A DNA stretch of 64,000 nucleotides from Longimicrobiales bacterium (lineage in GTDB: Bacteria > Gemmatimonadota > Gemmatimonadetes > Longimicrobiales > Gaopeijiaceae), in NCBI GenBank assembly GCA_041690395.1, contig JAWLHJ010000001.1, forward strand, positions 954,089 to 1,018,088. The letters run 5' to 3'. Both the position numbers and the translations under genes were made by a program. The stretch's first letter is position 1. The number at the start of each line of letters is the position of its first letter. Below the pieces are notes generated by a model that did not search any database, was not told where the DNA came from, and saw only the letters and a program-made list of their open reading frames with translations. Below are positions 1 through 8,902 of this stretch, in pieces.

Positions 1-2
1 AC

Positions 3-551
3 ATCACCGTTTCGGAGCGCGCCCTCGCCGATGTGGCTCTGGCCATGCACGGTGGCGATGACCTCAGGGTGCTCGTGGGCGGCCTGGGCCTGGGGTACAC
101 GGCTGAAGCGGTCCTCGCGCACGGGCGCGTGGCGCGCCTGGAGGTCGTCGAGTTTCTCCCGCAGGTGCTCGGCTGGCTCGAGGACGATCTCTTTCCCGTC
201 GCTCCGAAGCTGAAGAGCGACGCCCGGTTCGAGGCCGTGCGTGGAGACGTGTACGAGATCCTCACGGGGCCGCCGGCCGGATCCTACGATCTCATCCTGG
301 TGGATGTCGACCACGCGCCCGACGACCGGCTTGGCGAGGCGGACTCCGGGTTCTACACCGAGGGCGGCCTCGAGAGGGCGCGGGCCCACCTGGCCCCGTC
401 CGGAGTGCTGGGGGTATGGTCGTACGCCGAGAGCTCGCCGTTTTCCGAGGCGCTCCGCAACGTCTTCGACGACGTCGTGGTGGAGAGGGTCACGTACCAC
501 AACGACCTGATCGACGAGGAGATCACGGACTGGCTCTTCCTCGCTCGCTGA
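3..551 (+). CDS. spermidine synthase-like SAM-dependent methyltransferase (5' truncated by window)
   Basis: VLVGGLGLGYT SAM-binding motif and YDLILVDVDHAP; frame open back to position 3. Confidence 0.75.
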   Translation: MTVSERALADVALAMHGGDDLRVLVGGLGLGYTAEAVLAHGRVARLEVVEFLPQVLGWLEDDLFPVAPKLKSDARFEAVRGDVYEILTGPPAGSYDLILVDVDHAPDDRLGEADSGFYTEGGLERARAHLAPSGVLGVWSYAESSPFSEALRNVFDDVVVERVTYHNDLIDEEITDWLFLAR

Positions 552-624
552 GGGGATGCCGATCCGGGGTCCGGTCGCTACCATTCGTGCTCTTTCGAAA
601 ACGAACCTTCGACAGGACGAACAC

Positions 625-1923
625 ATGGCGGTGCTGGCGAGCCGGATCGCGAATCTGGGGACCGAGAATGCCTTCGAGGTCGGCAAGGACATCGCGCGCC
701 TGGAGGCTCAGGGAAAGAGGATCATCAAGTTCAATCTCGGTCAGCCCGATTTCCGCGCGCCCGAGCACCTGGACCGCGAGTGCATCCGGCAGCTCGAGGC
801 CGGGAACACCGGATACGTGGATCCCGCCGGCATCCTACCCCTCCGCCGCGCCATCGCGGACCACATGCGGAAGACCAGGGGCGTCGACGTCGACCCCTCG
901 AGGGTCGTGGTCACGGCCGGTGCCAAGCCGCCCATCGGGCTGACCGTCCTGACGTACGTGAACCGTGGCGACGAGGTCATCTACCCGAGCCCCGGCTTCC
1001 CGATTTACGAGTCGTGGGTGCGGTTCCTGGGCGCGGTTCCGGTGCCGCTCCGACTTCGCGAAGAGCGCGACTTCGCCTTCACGCCGGACGAGCTCGGCGA
1101 TCTCATCACACCGCGCACGAAGCTCGTCATCCTGAACTCCCCGTCGAATCCGACGGGCGGGGTCCTCAGCAAAGAGGACCTCCAGGGGATCGCGCGCGTG
1201 ATCCGGGAGAAGGGATCCCCGGATCTGCGTGTATACAGCGACGAGATCTACGAGCAGATCCTCTTCGACGGCGAGGAGCACCGCAGCCTGATCAGCGAGG
1301 AGGGCATGGAGGAGCGCACCGTGGTCGCCAGCGGGCATTCCAAGGGCTTCGGGATGACCGGTTGGAGGCTCGGGTGGGCCGTCCTGCCGAACGCCGAGGA
1401 GGCCGCCGTGTTCTCCCGCTTCAACGTCAACACGGTGTCCTGCGTGCCTCCGTTCATCCAGGAAGCTGGGCGTGAAGCGTACGAGAACCCCGAGACGGAG
1501 AAGTACGTCACGCGGAACGTGCGCGCGTTCCAGGAGCGGCGCGACCGCGTCGTGCCCGGCCTGAACGAGATCCCGGGAATCACGTGCCGGACGCCCAAGG
1601 GAACGTTCTACGTCTTCCCGAACGTCGAGGGTTACTGCCGGGACATGGGGATCATGGACGTCTACGAGCAGCTTCCCGAGGACGAGCGGGCCCGCACCTC
1701 ACCGTCCACGCTGCTTCAGCTCTTCCTGCTCTACCGCTACGGGATCGCGACGCTGGACCGCCGTTCCTTCTGCAAGCTGGGCTCCGAGGGGGAGCACTAC
1801 CTCCGCCTCTCCATCGCGAACAGCATGGAGGAGCTCGAGGCCGGCGTCGCGCGCATGGCCGAAGCCGCCGGCGACCGGGAGGGCTTCCTCTCCTTCATGG
1901 AGGAGGCACCACACCGGAAGTAG
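625..1923 (+). CDS. PLP-dependent class I/II (aspartate-type) aminotransferase
   Basis: NLGQPDF, LNSPSNPTG, SDEIY and SKGFGMTGWRLG (PLP lysine) motifs; ATG 625 follows AGGA. Confidence 0.9.
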   Translation: MAVLASRIANLGTENAFEVGKDIARLEAQGKRIIKFNLGQPDFRAPEHLDRECIRQLEAGNTGYVDPAGILPLRRAIADHMRKTRGVDVDPSRVVVTAGAKPPIGLTVLTYVNRGDEVIYPSPGFPIYESWVRFLGAVPVPLRLREERDFAFTPDELGDLITPRTKLVILNSPSNPTGGVLSKEDLQGIARVIREKGSPDLRVYSDEIYEQILFDGEEHRSLISEEGMEERTVVASGHSKGFGMTGWRLGWAVLPNAEEAAVFSRFNVNTVSCVPPFIQEAGREAYENPETEKYVTRNVRAFQERRDRVVPGLNEIPGITCRTPKGTFYVFPNVEGYCRDMGIMDVYEQLPEDERARTSPSTLLQLFLLYRYGIATLDRRSFCKLGSEGEHYLRLSIANSMEELEAGVARMAEAAGDREGFLSFMEEAPHRK

Positions 1924-2746
1924 CCTCGGCACGGAGGCGCACGAGCACCATGAAGATGCGCGCCTCCGGGTCGAAGACGGTCGTCTCGTTGTACTCGGCG
2001 TCGGTCGCGTAGGACCCTGCCAACGAAGAGAGGCCCCGTGCGGGAGTGACCCGGAACAGGATCCTGTCGCTCGGCTGGGCCGGGAACTTCGCGTACTCGC
2101 GCGACTCGTCATGGACGCTGTAGGACAGGGTGGGCGGTCCGTACCGCTCGGCCGCGGCCCTGAGGGTCGTGCCGGGACCGACGCCGTCCGCCGTGCGAGC
2201 CAGGGGATGGGTGGTGGCGACGAGCTCGAGTGGCGTATCCTCGTCGATCGCCGTGCCGACCGGGAAGAGCACGTGGTACAGCGTGTCCGTTCCCTCGACG
2301 ACCGGCAGCGCGGTGACATCGACCATGAACCGGTCGGTCGGGTCGCCGATGGCGGCGGGCGCGGACAGGGCCGTGCGCAGCTCGCCCAGGGTCATGCCCA
2401 CCGTCGCGTCGCCGATGCCGGTCCCGTCGACGGCCGCCGAAGCGTCCGGGCCGGCGGCTTCCGGCGCCGAGCTCGGTACCGCCCCATCCCCGACGGGCGG
2501 TGGCTCGGCCGCGGGTGAGAGGGAGAGCCACGCCAGGATCGCGCCGGCTCCGAGCAGGCACACGGGCGCGACGATCCGGAGGACCCGGTGGATGCGGGAC
2601 AGCCCGGGAACGGCTTCGGCCGGATCTCTCCCTCGAGCTCGTGCGACCCTCCCCGAGACGACGAGCACGATCTCCCCGAGCATCGCGAGCCCGGCCAGGA
2701 GGAACAGGCCGACGAACAGCGTCGGCGCGAGCTCACGGATGGTCAT
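1895..2746 (-). CDS. hypothetical membrane-anchored protein
   Basis: Two N-terminal hydrophobic segments, Pro/Ala linker, soluble domain with GIGDATVGMT and GVGPGTT repeats. Confidence 0.6.
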   Translation of the reverse strand: MTIRELAPTLFVGLFLLAGLAMLGEIVLVVSGRVARARGRDPAEAVPGLSRIHRVLRIVAPVCLLGAGAILAWLSLSPAAEPPPVGDGAVPSSAPEAAGPDASAAVDGTGIGDATVGMTLGELRTALSAPAAIGDPTDRFMVDVTALPVVEGTDTLYHVLFPVGTAIDEDTPLELVATTHPLARTADGVGPGTTLRAAAERYGPPTLSYSVHDESREYAKFPAQPSDRILFRVTPARGLSSLAGSYATDAEYNETTVFDPEARIFMVLVRLRAEATSGVVPPP

Positions 2747-2894
2747 CGGTGGCGACCACGATGTGATGCCTGGGGTCTTCCAGGAACTCCGCGACCATCT
2801 CCGGTTGTAGAGCGTCATCGAAGACGTCCGGATCGACGTTGTCGAGCCGGTGCCCGGAACGGCTCCGTAGAAGTTCGATCTCGACGTGCGGCAC
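2733..2894 (-). pseudogene. N-terminal fragment of a GNAT acetyltransferase
   Basis: GGAG then GTG; VEIELL...LDNVDPDVFDDALQPEMVAEFLEDPRHHIVVA resembles GNAT N-termini but stops after 53 aa. Confidence 0.45.
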
Positions 2895-3062
2895 ATCTCC
2901 TCCGGCAGGGTTGGGGTGCTTCGTGTCGTACGATCCGGTGTCCCGGTTGCGTGCGCCAGGGCGAGCCGGCCGGGAACGACTCTTGCTTGCTTTCGGTCGC
3001 GATGTTTGCCCATCGTTCCGGGCCGACTCAACCCTCCCGTTCGGGCTGTCCAGGAGCCTCAT

Positions 3063-3287
3063 ATGCGCCACGTCATCCTCGTGCTCGGCGTTGCCCCCGT
3101 CCTCGTCGGAGGGTACTCGCTGCTCGGCGGAAGCTTCTCCATGACCCGGAGGGAGACCGTGCTCGACCTCGGCCCGGTGCAGGCGACCGCGGAGACGCAG
3201 GAGCTCTTCGCATTGCCTCCGCTCGTCGCGGGCATCGCGTTGGCCCTGGGGCTGGCGGCGGTCGTGTACGGGGCCCGTAAGTCGTGA
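3063..3287 (+). CDS. small membrane protein (two TM helices, DUF3185-like)
   Basis: AGGAG RBS; TM-ETVLDLGPVQATAE-TM pattern. Confidence 0.7.
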   Translation: MRHVILVLGVAPVLVGGYSLLGGSFSMTRRETVLDLGPVQATAETQELFALPPLVAGIALALGLAAVVYGARKS

Positions 3288-4309
3288 GGATGCTCGGCAC
3301 GATGATCGCGTCTCAGGTGCCGGGGCTTCCACAGGAGCAGGACACACCGCAGCTCCCGGATACCCTTCCATCGTCGTTCGATCGCATCGGGGAGCAGGTC
3401 ACCGCGACCGGTCGTCTGATCCTCGAAGGCGAGTGGGACCTGGTCTGGCGGCGCTCCCTCGAAGGGCTCACCAACCTGGCGATCGGGCTCCTGCCCAATG
3501 TCCTCTCCGCGCTGTTCGTGGGTGTGATCTTCTACGGACTGTATCGGCTCCTCATCAGCGTTTCGGGCAGCGTGCTGCATCGCAGCCATGCGGTGGACGA
3601 GGGACTCGAGACCATCAGCATGCGGACGCTACGGGTCATGGGATGGAGCTTCATCCTGGTCCTCGTCCTGTCCCAGCTGGGTATCAACGTCGCCGCGCTC
3701 ATTGCCGGTCTCGGCATCGCCGGCCTGGCCCTCGGCTTCGCCGCCAAGGACTCGCTGGAGAACTTCATCGCCGGCGTCACGATCCTGCTCGACCGGCCCT
3801 TCAGTGTCGGGGACTGGGTCACGGTCGCGGAGCATTACGGGAAAGTGGAGCACATCACGCTGCGCTCGACGCGTATCCGCACGCCGAACAACCAGACCGT
3901 CGTCTTCCCCAGTGTCCAGATGGTCACCCAGGCGGTCGTGAACCACACTGCGGGGGCCCCGCTTCGCGTGGATGTCCCCTTCGGGATCGCCTACAAGGAG
4001 AGTGTGGATGAGGCCCGCGACGTCGTCATGGGCCTGGTCGACCGGGAGGACGAGCGGCTCGCGCCGGGAGCCGATCACAAGGTCGTGGTGACCGAGCTCG
4101 GGGATTCCAGCGTGAACATGCAGCTCCGGCTCTTTCTCCTGGATCCGGGCTACGCCGTGGCGGTTCGGTGCGACTACGTCGAGGCCATCTTCAAGGCGCT
4201 CAAGGAAGCCGGCATCGAGATCCCGTTCCCGCACCTCCAGCTCTTCATCGACGAGGCCAAGGCGCTGCGTGACACGCCGGTCCGTGTTCTCGGAGGAGAC
4301 GGCGCCTGA
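3284..4309 (+). CDS. mscS: small-conductance mechanosensitive channel MscS family
   Basis: GLGIAGLALGFAAKDSLENFIAG, DRPFSVGDWV, GIEIPFP motifs. Confidence 0.9.
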   Translation: MRMLGTMIASQVPGLPQEQDTPQLPDTLPSSFDRIGEQVTATGRLILEGEWDLVWRRSLEGLTNLAIGLLPNVLSALFVGVIFYGLYRLLISVSGSVLHRSHAVDEGLETISMRTLRVMGWSFILVLVLSQLGINVAALIAGLGIAGLALGFAAKDSLENFIAGVTILLDRPFSVGDWVTVAEHYGKVEHITLRSTRIRTPNNQTVVFPSVQMVTQAVVNHTAGAPLRVDVPFGIAYKESVDEARDVVMGLVDREDERLAPGADHKVVVTELGDSSVNMQLRLFLLDPGYAVAVRCDYVEAIFKALKEAGIEIPFPHLQLFIDEAKALRDTPVRVLGGDGA

Positions 4310-5376
4310 GCTCCACCGAGCCCTCCTCCACGCTGCCGGCCGGGCTCCGGGCTCGGCTCGGGGGATACTGGCGGCGCCACCGGACGCTCTTCTGGGCGCT
4401 CCACTCCGTCTGGGCGCTCGCGACGGGCGTGCTGGTCATCTGGCTCGCGCGCGAGCGATACGGCTTCGTTCCCTGGGTCGTCCTCTTCCTGGGGCTGACC
4501 TGGCTGTCGACGCTCTACTTCGGCAGGCGGACGTCGACCGCGCCGCGAGGTGGAAGCGGACCGGGGTCCGCCGCCGTGGTGCCGGGGGCTGCGGAGGAGG
4601 CCACGTCGTACGTGACGCGCACGATGTACCAGGAGACGCTGTTCTTCCTCCTGCCGTTCTACGCCTACTCGACGGTGCTCGGGGAGCCGAGCATCGCGTT
4701 TCTGGCCCTGCTCGGCGTGCTCGCGGTCCTTTCCTGCATCGATCTGTTGTTCGACCGGTGGCTGCGTTCGAGCCGGGTCGTGCGGCTCGTCTTCTTCGCC
4801 CTGGTGACCTTCGCGGCCGTCAACCTGCTCCTCCCCATTCTCCTTCCCGTGGATCCCACGCTGGGTGCGCGTGTCGCGGCCGGTGTGGCCGTCCTGGCCG
4901 CCTTACCGCTCGCGCTGCAGGGGGAGCGGCCCTCGCGAAAGGGAGGGGCGCTACTCGGCGGTGCGGCCGCCGTCTTCATCGGGGTCGCGCTCGCCCTCCC
5001 GCAGCTCGTGCCACCGGTTCCGCTCCGACTCCAGAGCGCCACGTTCGGGCCGGGGATCGAGCGTGAGACGCTGGTGGTGTCTGATACGCTGCTGGGTGCC
5101 GCACCCGCAGGTGCGCTACCCGACGGGCTGTTCGTGCTCTTCGAGGTGTTCGCTCCGACCGTCGTCCCGACGGAGGTCAGGCTTCGCTGGGAGCGGGACG
5201 GCGTCGTGCTCAGGGAGGGACGCCAGATCGAGATCACCGCGCACGAGCTCGGCTTCAGGGTCTGGGATGCGTGGCGGCCTCGAGGGGACGCCATCGTGCC
5301 GGGTCGGTATCGCGTCGTGATGGAGACCCGGGCCCGTCGTGTTTTCGGCGCCGCCACGTTCCTCGTCGAGCCGTGA
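4306..5376 (+). CDS. multi-pass membrane protein with C-terminal DUF2914-like domain
   Basis: Many TM segments, C-terminal GFRVW..GRYRV; frame extends upstream of 4429 to a CTG overlapping the mscS stop, with GGAGGAG in front. Confidence 0.65.
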   Translation: MSSTEPSSTLPAGLRARLGGYWRRHRTLFWALHSVWALATGVLVIWLARERYGFVPWVVLFLGLTWLSTLYFGRRTSTAPRGGSGPGSAAVVPGAAEEATSYVTRTMYQETLFFLLPFYAYSTVLGEPSIAFLALLGVLAVLSCIDLLFDRWLRSSRVVRLVFFALVTFAAVNLLLPILLPVDPTLGARVAAGVAVLAALPLALQGERPSRKGGALLGGAAAVFIGVALALPQLVPPVPLRLQSATFGPGIERETLVVSDTLLGAAPAGALPDGLFVLFEVFAPTVVPTEVRLRWERDGVVLREGRQIEITAHELGFRVWDAWRPRGDAIVPGRYRVVMETRARRVFGAATFLVEP

Positions 5377-5388
5377 CGACTCCGCTCG

Positions 5389-6564
5389 TCAGCTACGGTA
5401 GTTCGCGTTGATGTCGACGTAATCGGCGGTCAGGTCACACGTCCACACGTCCGCCGCCGCCCGGCCGCGCGCGAGGTATAGCGTGATGAAGACCTCGTCG
5501 CTCGATACGAGGTGCTCGTGCGCCGCCGCCTCGTTGGCGACCAGGGGTCGACCGTCGGCGTAGACGTCCACGTCACCGATGGCGAGACGCATTTGCTCGG
5601 GTTCGACGGGCACGCCGCACGAGCTCGCGGCCGAGACGATCCGGCCCCAGTTGGGGTCCCGCCCCGCGATGGCGGTCTTCACGAGCGGGCTGATCGCCAC
5701 GGCGCGTCCGACGAGCGTGGCCTCTCGTTCGTTGGCGGCGTCGCGCACCCGGATGGTGATGAGCCGCGTGGCGCCCTCGCCGTCCCGGGCGATGTCCCGC
5801 GCGAGCGTCTGGGCGACCTCGGTGTAGCCGCGCTCGACGTCGTCGCCCTCCGAGTCGGCATGCTTCCGGCCCCACAGCAGGAGCGTGTCGTTCGGCGACG
5901 TGTCCCCGTCGACCGTCGTACGGTGGAAGCTGCGGTCGGCGATGCGGCGGACGGCGTCCAGGCCGCCTTTGGGAACGCGGTCCCCCAGCAGGAAGGCGAG
6001 CATGGTGGCCATGTCGGGGTGGATCATCCCCGAGCCCTTGGCGAAGCCCGTGACGACTCCCGCGGACGTCTCGCGGGAGTGGGCCTTGGGGTAGGTGTCC
6101 GTCGTCATGGTGGCCCGCGCGAAGGCCTCGCCTCCGTCGGGTCCCGCCTTCTCCAGGAGCGGGTCGAGCGCTCGCTCCACACGCTCCGTGTCCAAGCGGG
6201 CGCCGATGACGCCGGTGCTGATCATGAGCACCTGCTCGACCGGGCAGCCCACCCGCTCAGCGAGCGCGACGCACAGACCCCGGGCGTCCTCGATGCCCTC
6301 CGGCCCGGTCGCGCAGTTCGCGTTGCCCGCGTTGACGAGCACCGCGCGCACGAGCCCTCCGCTCCGCGCCAGATGGTCACGGCACACCGGGATGTGCGCC
6401 CCATTGAGTCGGTTCCTGGTGAAGAGCGCCCAGGCCGGGAGCGCCTCGTCGGCGAGGAGGAGCCCCAGGTCGAGCAGCTCGGGGCGCTTCTTGAGGCCGC
6501 AGCGGATGCCGCCGACCCGGAAGCCGGCCGGGAGGGTTACGTGCATCGCGGTCGTGGCGGTCAC
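5389..6564 (-). CDS. argJ: ornithine acetyltransferase / N-acetylglutamate synthase ArgJ
   Basis: NAGNANCATG, MTTDT, KGSGMIHPDMATML, DGDTSPND, DGEGAT, DPNWGR, CDLTADYVDINANYRS. Confidence 0.95.
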   Translation of the reverse strand: MTATTAMHVTLPAGFRVGGIRCGLKKRPELLDLGLLLADEALPAWALFTRNRLNGAHIPVCRDHLARSGGLVRAVLVNAGNANCATGPEGIEDARGLCVALAERVGCPVEQVLMISTGVIGARLDTERVERALDPLLEKAGPDGGEAFARATMTTDTYPKAHSRETSAGVVTGFAKGSGMIHPDMATMLAFLLGDRVPKGGLDAVRRIADRSFHRTTVDGDTSPNDTLLLWGRKHADSEGDDVERGYTEVAQTLARDIARDGEGATRLITIRVRDAANEREATLVGRAVAISPLVKTAIAGRDPNWGRIVSAASSCGVPVEPEQMRLAIGDVDVYADGRPLVANEAAAHEHLVSSDEVFITLYLARGRAAADVWTCDLTADYVDINANYRS

Positions 6565-7790
6565 GGCGCGTCTATCACCGGGCCTTCGAGGGCGCTCCGG
6601 ATGCGGCCCAGGGCGTCGTCGATCTGCGTCTCGGTGACGACGTAGGGCGGCAGCATCCGGATGACGTCTCCGGCGGTACAGTTGGTGATGAGGTGATGAT
6701 CCCGATACAGGCGCTGCTGAAGCTCCTTCGCGCCCTCCGGGACGTGGAGCCCCAGCATCAGGCCGCGTCCCCGGACCGCTCCGACGTTCGGGAAGTCGGC
6801 TGCGAACGCCTCCAGGCCCGTCCGGAGTCGCGCGCCGAGCTCGGCCGCGCGCTCCATGAGCCCGTCCTCCTCCAGCAGCGTCAGGAACACGAGCGCCGCG
6901 CGGAGGACGAGCGGACCGCCCGCGAACGTGGAGCCGTGGTCTCCGGGCTTGAGCACGTCGGCCAGCTCCGCTCGCACCACGATTGCCCCCATGGGGAGCC
7001 CGGCCGCGAGGGGCTTGGCGAGCGTCACCACGTCCGGCTTGATGCCGGCCGCGTCCGCGGCGAGGAAGGTGCCGGTGCGTCCGCATCCGGATTGCACCTC
7101 GTCGTGGATGAGCACGGTGCCGGTTGCGTCGCACAGGTCGCGCACGCCTCGCAGGTACCCGGTGGAGAGCTCGACCACGCCTCCCTCCCCCTGGATGGGC
7201 TCCAGGATCACGGCGGCCGGTCGGTCGCGCTCGAGCGCGGCGGCCATGGCCTCCAGGTCGCCGGACGGCAGGAACGTCGTACCTGGCACCATCGGCTCGA
7301 AGGGCGCCCGGTAGCTCGCTCCGGACGTCACCGAGAGCGCGCCCATGGTGCGTCCGTGGAATCCGCCTTCGAGCGCGATGAACCCCGTCCGTTCCGGCCG
7401 CCCCGCGTCCCGTTGATGCTTCCTCGCGAGCTTGAGCGCCGCCTCGTTCGCCTCGGCGCCGCTGTTCGTGAACAGCACGGCCTCGAGCCCGGTGAGGCGC
7501 GCGAGCCGCGTGGCCACCTCCACGGTGTAGGGGTGGCGGAATAGGTTGCTCACATGGAGCGTGCGTCCCGCCTGGTCCGCGAGGGCCGCCGCGAGCTCCG
7601 GATGCCCGTGTCCGAGCGCCGAGACGCCGATGCCTCCGAGGAAGTCCAGGTATACGTCGCCCTCGGCCGTGCGGAGCTCCGCGCCGCAGCCGTCGACGAA
7701 CACCTCGTCGGCCCGGCCGTAGTTGCGGACCATGTGCGCGTCGAGCGGCGCCACCGCGGCGTCGACGTTGACCGTCCTGTTCGACCTCAT
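6561..7790 (-). CDS. argD: acetylornithine aminotransferase ArgD
   Basis: NSGAEANEAA, FHGRT, EPIQGEGG, DEVQSG, LAKPL motifs; lies between argC and argJ. Confidence 0.93.
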   Translation of the reverse strand: MRSNRTVNVDAAVAPLDAHMVRNYGRADEVFVDGCGAELRTAEGDVYLDFLGGIGVSALGHGHPELAAALADQAGRTLHVSNLFRHPYTVEVATRLARLTGLEAVLFTNSGAEANEAALKLARKHQRDAGRPERTGFIALEGGFHGRTMGALSVTSGASYRAPFEPMVPGTTFLPSGDLEAMAAALERDRPAAVILEPIQGEGGVVELSTGYLRGVRDLCDATGTVLIHDEVQSGCGRTGTFLAADAAGIKPDVVTLAKPLAAGLPMGAIVVRAELADVLKPGDHGSTFAGGPLVLRAALVFLTLLEEDGLMERAAELGARLRTGLEAFAADFPNVGAVRGRGLMLGLHVPEGAKELQQRLYRDHHLITNCTAGDVIRMLPPYVVTETQIDDALGRIRSALEGPVIDAP

Positions 7791-8851
7791 CCGAGCCCCG
7801 CATCCTCGGGAAAGCCGAGCATGAGGTTCATGTTCTGGAGGGCCTGGCCCGCCGCGCCCTTCACCAGGTTGTCGATCACGGAAGTCACGACGACGTGTCC
7901 TTCCTGGTCGGTCAGCGCCATGTGACACCGGTTGGTCCGTTGGACGTCCGTGAGGGAGGGCTGGCCCTCCTCGGCGTGCAGCACCCGCACGAACGGCTCG
8001 CCCTCGTAGTAGTCCTGGAGATGGGCGCGCATCCGTTCCGCCGAAGCGCCGCGGACCGGCCGCAGGTAGATCGTCGAGAGGATGCCGCGGAAGACGGGCA
8101 GGAGGTGCGGCACGAATACGAGATCCGTGATGCCGGCCTCCTGCCGGATCTCGGGCGCGTGCCTGTGCCCCCCCACGGCGTATGCGCGGAAGTTGTCGTG
8201 GACCGCTCCGAAGACGTTGGAAGGGGTCGGTGTGTTCCCGGCGCCGGAGACGCCGCTCTTGCAGTCCGCGACGATGGGGGCCGTCTCGTCGACCAGTCCG
8301 CCCGAGACGAGCGGCAGCAGAGGAAGGAGCACCGACGTAGGGTAGCAGCCCGGGTTGGCGACGAGCCGTGCGCCGGGGAGGCGTGCGCGGACATGTTCGG
8401 TGAGGCCGTACACCACCTCGTCCAGCAGCTCGGGAGCCGTGTGCTCCGCGCCGTACGTGTCGGCGTGCAGCTTCGGGTCCCGCAACCTGAAGTCGGCGGA
8501 GAGGTCGACCACGCGGCAGCCTTGGTCGAGCGCGGCTTTTGCCAGCGGCTGAGCGACGCCGTGTGGGGTGCATAAAAAGACGACGGAGACGCCGTCGAGA
8601 CGCTCGGGGTCGAACGGCTCGGGCGCGTCAGGCTCGTCGGTCGCGTCCGCGGTAGGGGTCGCGGCCCCGGGGCGTGCGGTCATGAGCCGAGGCGCGCCCA
8701 GCCAGGGGTGAGCCCCGATGAGTCTTCTGATCTCCTGGCCGGTATAGCCGGTCGTCCCGACCACGGCCACGGTGGTCAGGGAAGAAGGGCCATCCGAGCT
8801 CGGCATGGAGAGGTCCGGGCCGTCACGAACCGAGCTCATGAGCGGTCCCAT
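7787..8851 (-). CDS. argC: N-acetyl-gamma-glutamyl-phosphate reductase ArgC (true start may be a few codons downstream)
   Basis: GTTGYTG, DLSADFRL, ANPGCYPT, SGVSGAG, DNLVKGAAGQA. Confidence 0.95.
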   Translation of the reverse strand: MGPLMSSVRDGPDLSMPSSDGPSSLTTVAVVGTTGYTGQEIRRLIGAHPWLGAPRLMTARPGAATPTADATDEPDAPEPFDPERLDGVSVVFLCTPHGVAQPLAKAALDQGCRVVDLSADFRLRDPKLHADTYGAEHTAPELLDEVVYGLTEHVRARLPGARLVANPGCYPTSVLLPLLPLVSGGLVDETAPIVADCKSGVSGAGNTPTPSNVFGAVHDNFRAYAVGGHRHAPEIRQEAGITDLVFVPHLLPVFRGILSTIYLRPVRGASAERMRAHLQDYYEGEPFVRVLHAEEGQPSLTDVQRTNRCHMALTDQEGHVVVTSVIDNLVKGAAGQALQNMNLMLGFPEDAGLG

Positions 8852-8862
8852 GGGAAGGGGTG

Positions 8863-8897
8863 TGCATAAACATGCAGAAATATGGGTATAACATGCA
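8863..8897. promoter_or_regulatory. tandem ARG boxes (ArgR operator) upstream of argC
   Basis: TGCATAAACATGCA (8863-8876) and GGGTATAACATGCA (8884-8897), 21-bp periodicity, AT-rich island directly upstream of the arg operon. Confidence 0.8.
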
Positions 8898-8902
8898 TCA
8901 CG

